NCBI GenBank assembly: GCA_963754965.1
Contig: CAVWIA010000001.1
Span: 94,142-158,141, forward strand
Reading direction: 5' to 3'
Origin: an uncultured Actinomycetota bacterium
Lineage (GTDB): Bacteria; Actinomycetota; Actinomycetes; Propionibacteriales; Propionibacteriaceae
Length of the DNA stretch: 64,000 bases
Both the position numbers and the translations under genes were made by a program. The notes under the pieces were generated by a model. That model made no database searches, was not told the DNA's origin, and worked only from the letters and a program-made list of their open reading frames with translations. Of the stretch, positions 63,533 through 64,000 are shown piece by piece. The first letter of the stretch is position 1. Each line of letters opens with the position of its first letter.

Positions 63533-64000
63533 GGCCACCAGATTACGACGAGCATCACCGAACCCACTCAGGCAATCGAGCAGCTGCGATCACGAGCCCG
63601 GTGAGAGCGTGTCGGTTATCCCTCGACCATTCAGTCTCAAAGTCACTCTGTCATGGTCTTGAGTTCGATGCCGGGGACTCGCAACGTGGCGCAGCGCGTA
63701 GTGTTCGCAGGCGAAACGAACAACAATGAGCATTAACAACGTCTCGACGGCGATTAGCGCATTCCCGTATGAGGGAAGTTGAGCGTGGCGCACCAGCGGT
63801 ACCGGGTGAAACCGCCTTTGGTTTAGTCCGAATGGCGCTCAGGGATCTCGTGAAACGGAGCCCAAGTCCACACCCTGTCCCGGCCCCAAGAACGCCATCC
63901 ATCACGTGCGAGGGGACGAATGTGACGCACCCACAGCCTTCCTGCTTCCCAAGAAGAAGCCGGTCCTAAATGAGTGAGTTCGTTAGATCATTGAAGCTCG

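Overview
High-GC actinobacterial chromosome, probably Propionibacteriales-like (inferred from groEL2, the XPB helicase and the DUF3263/thrC-moaD/groEL2 synteny). Many single-base indels split even conserved genes such as groEL and helD, so most frameshifts in conserved genes look like sequencing or assembly errors. Bases 1-27213 are core genome: an XPB helicase, a PLP decarboxylase, HelD, a four-gene signalling cluster (UBP-ZnF, REC-TrxB, cNMP histidine kinase, REC-TrxB), cutC, groEL2 with two CIRCE operators, a SAM-I riboswitch in front of thrC-moaD, DUF3263 and manA. A tRNA-Thr(TGT) at 28305-28377 is the attachment site of a ~34.7 kb decayed island that ends at a degenerate copy of the tRNA 3' half (63008-63047). 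The island has a tyrosine integrase, paired TGACAGCAAC repeats at both ends, a phiRv-like capsid remnant, IS110 and ISL3 remnants, many detoxification and membrane genes, and many gene fragments. The best candidate for an undescribed system is a coupled gene pair at 20042-21228. It encodes an FHA-plus-transmembrane protein and a small helical protein that share an 18-aa amyloid-like motif (FxV/IxxQxAxxI/VNNVGxDQ), resembling RHIM/BASS-type amyloid signalling without an NLR. All family assignments are by eye from motifs; no searches were run.
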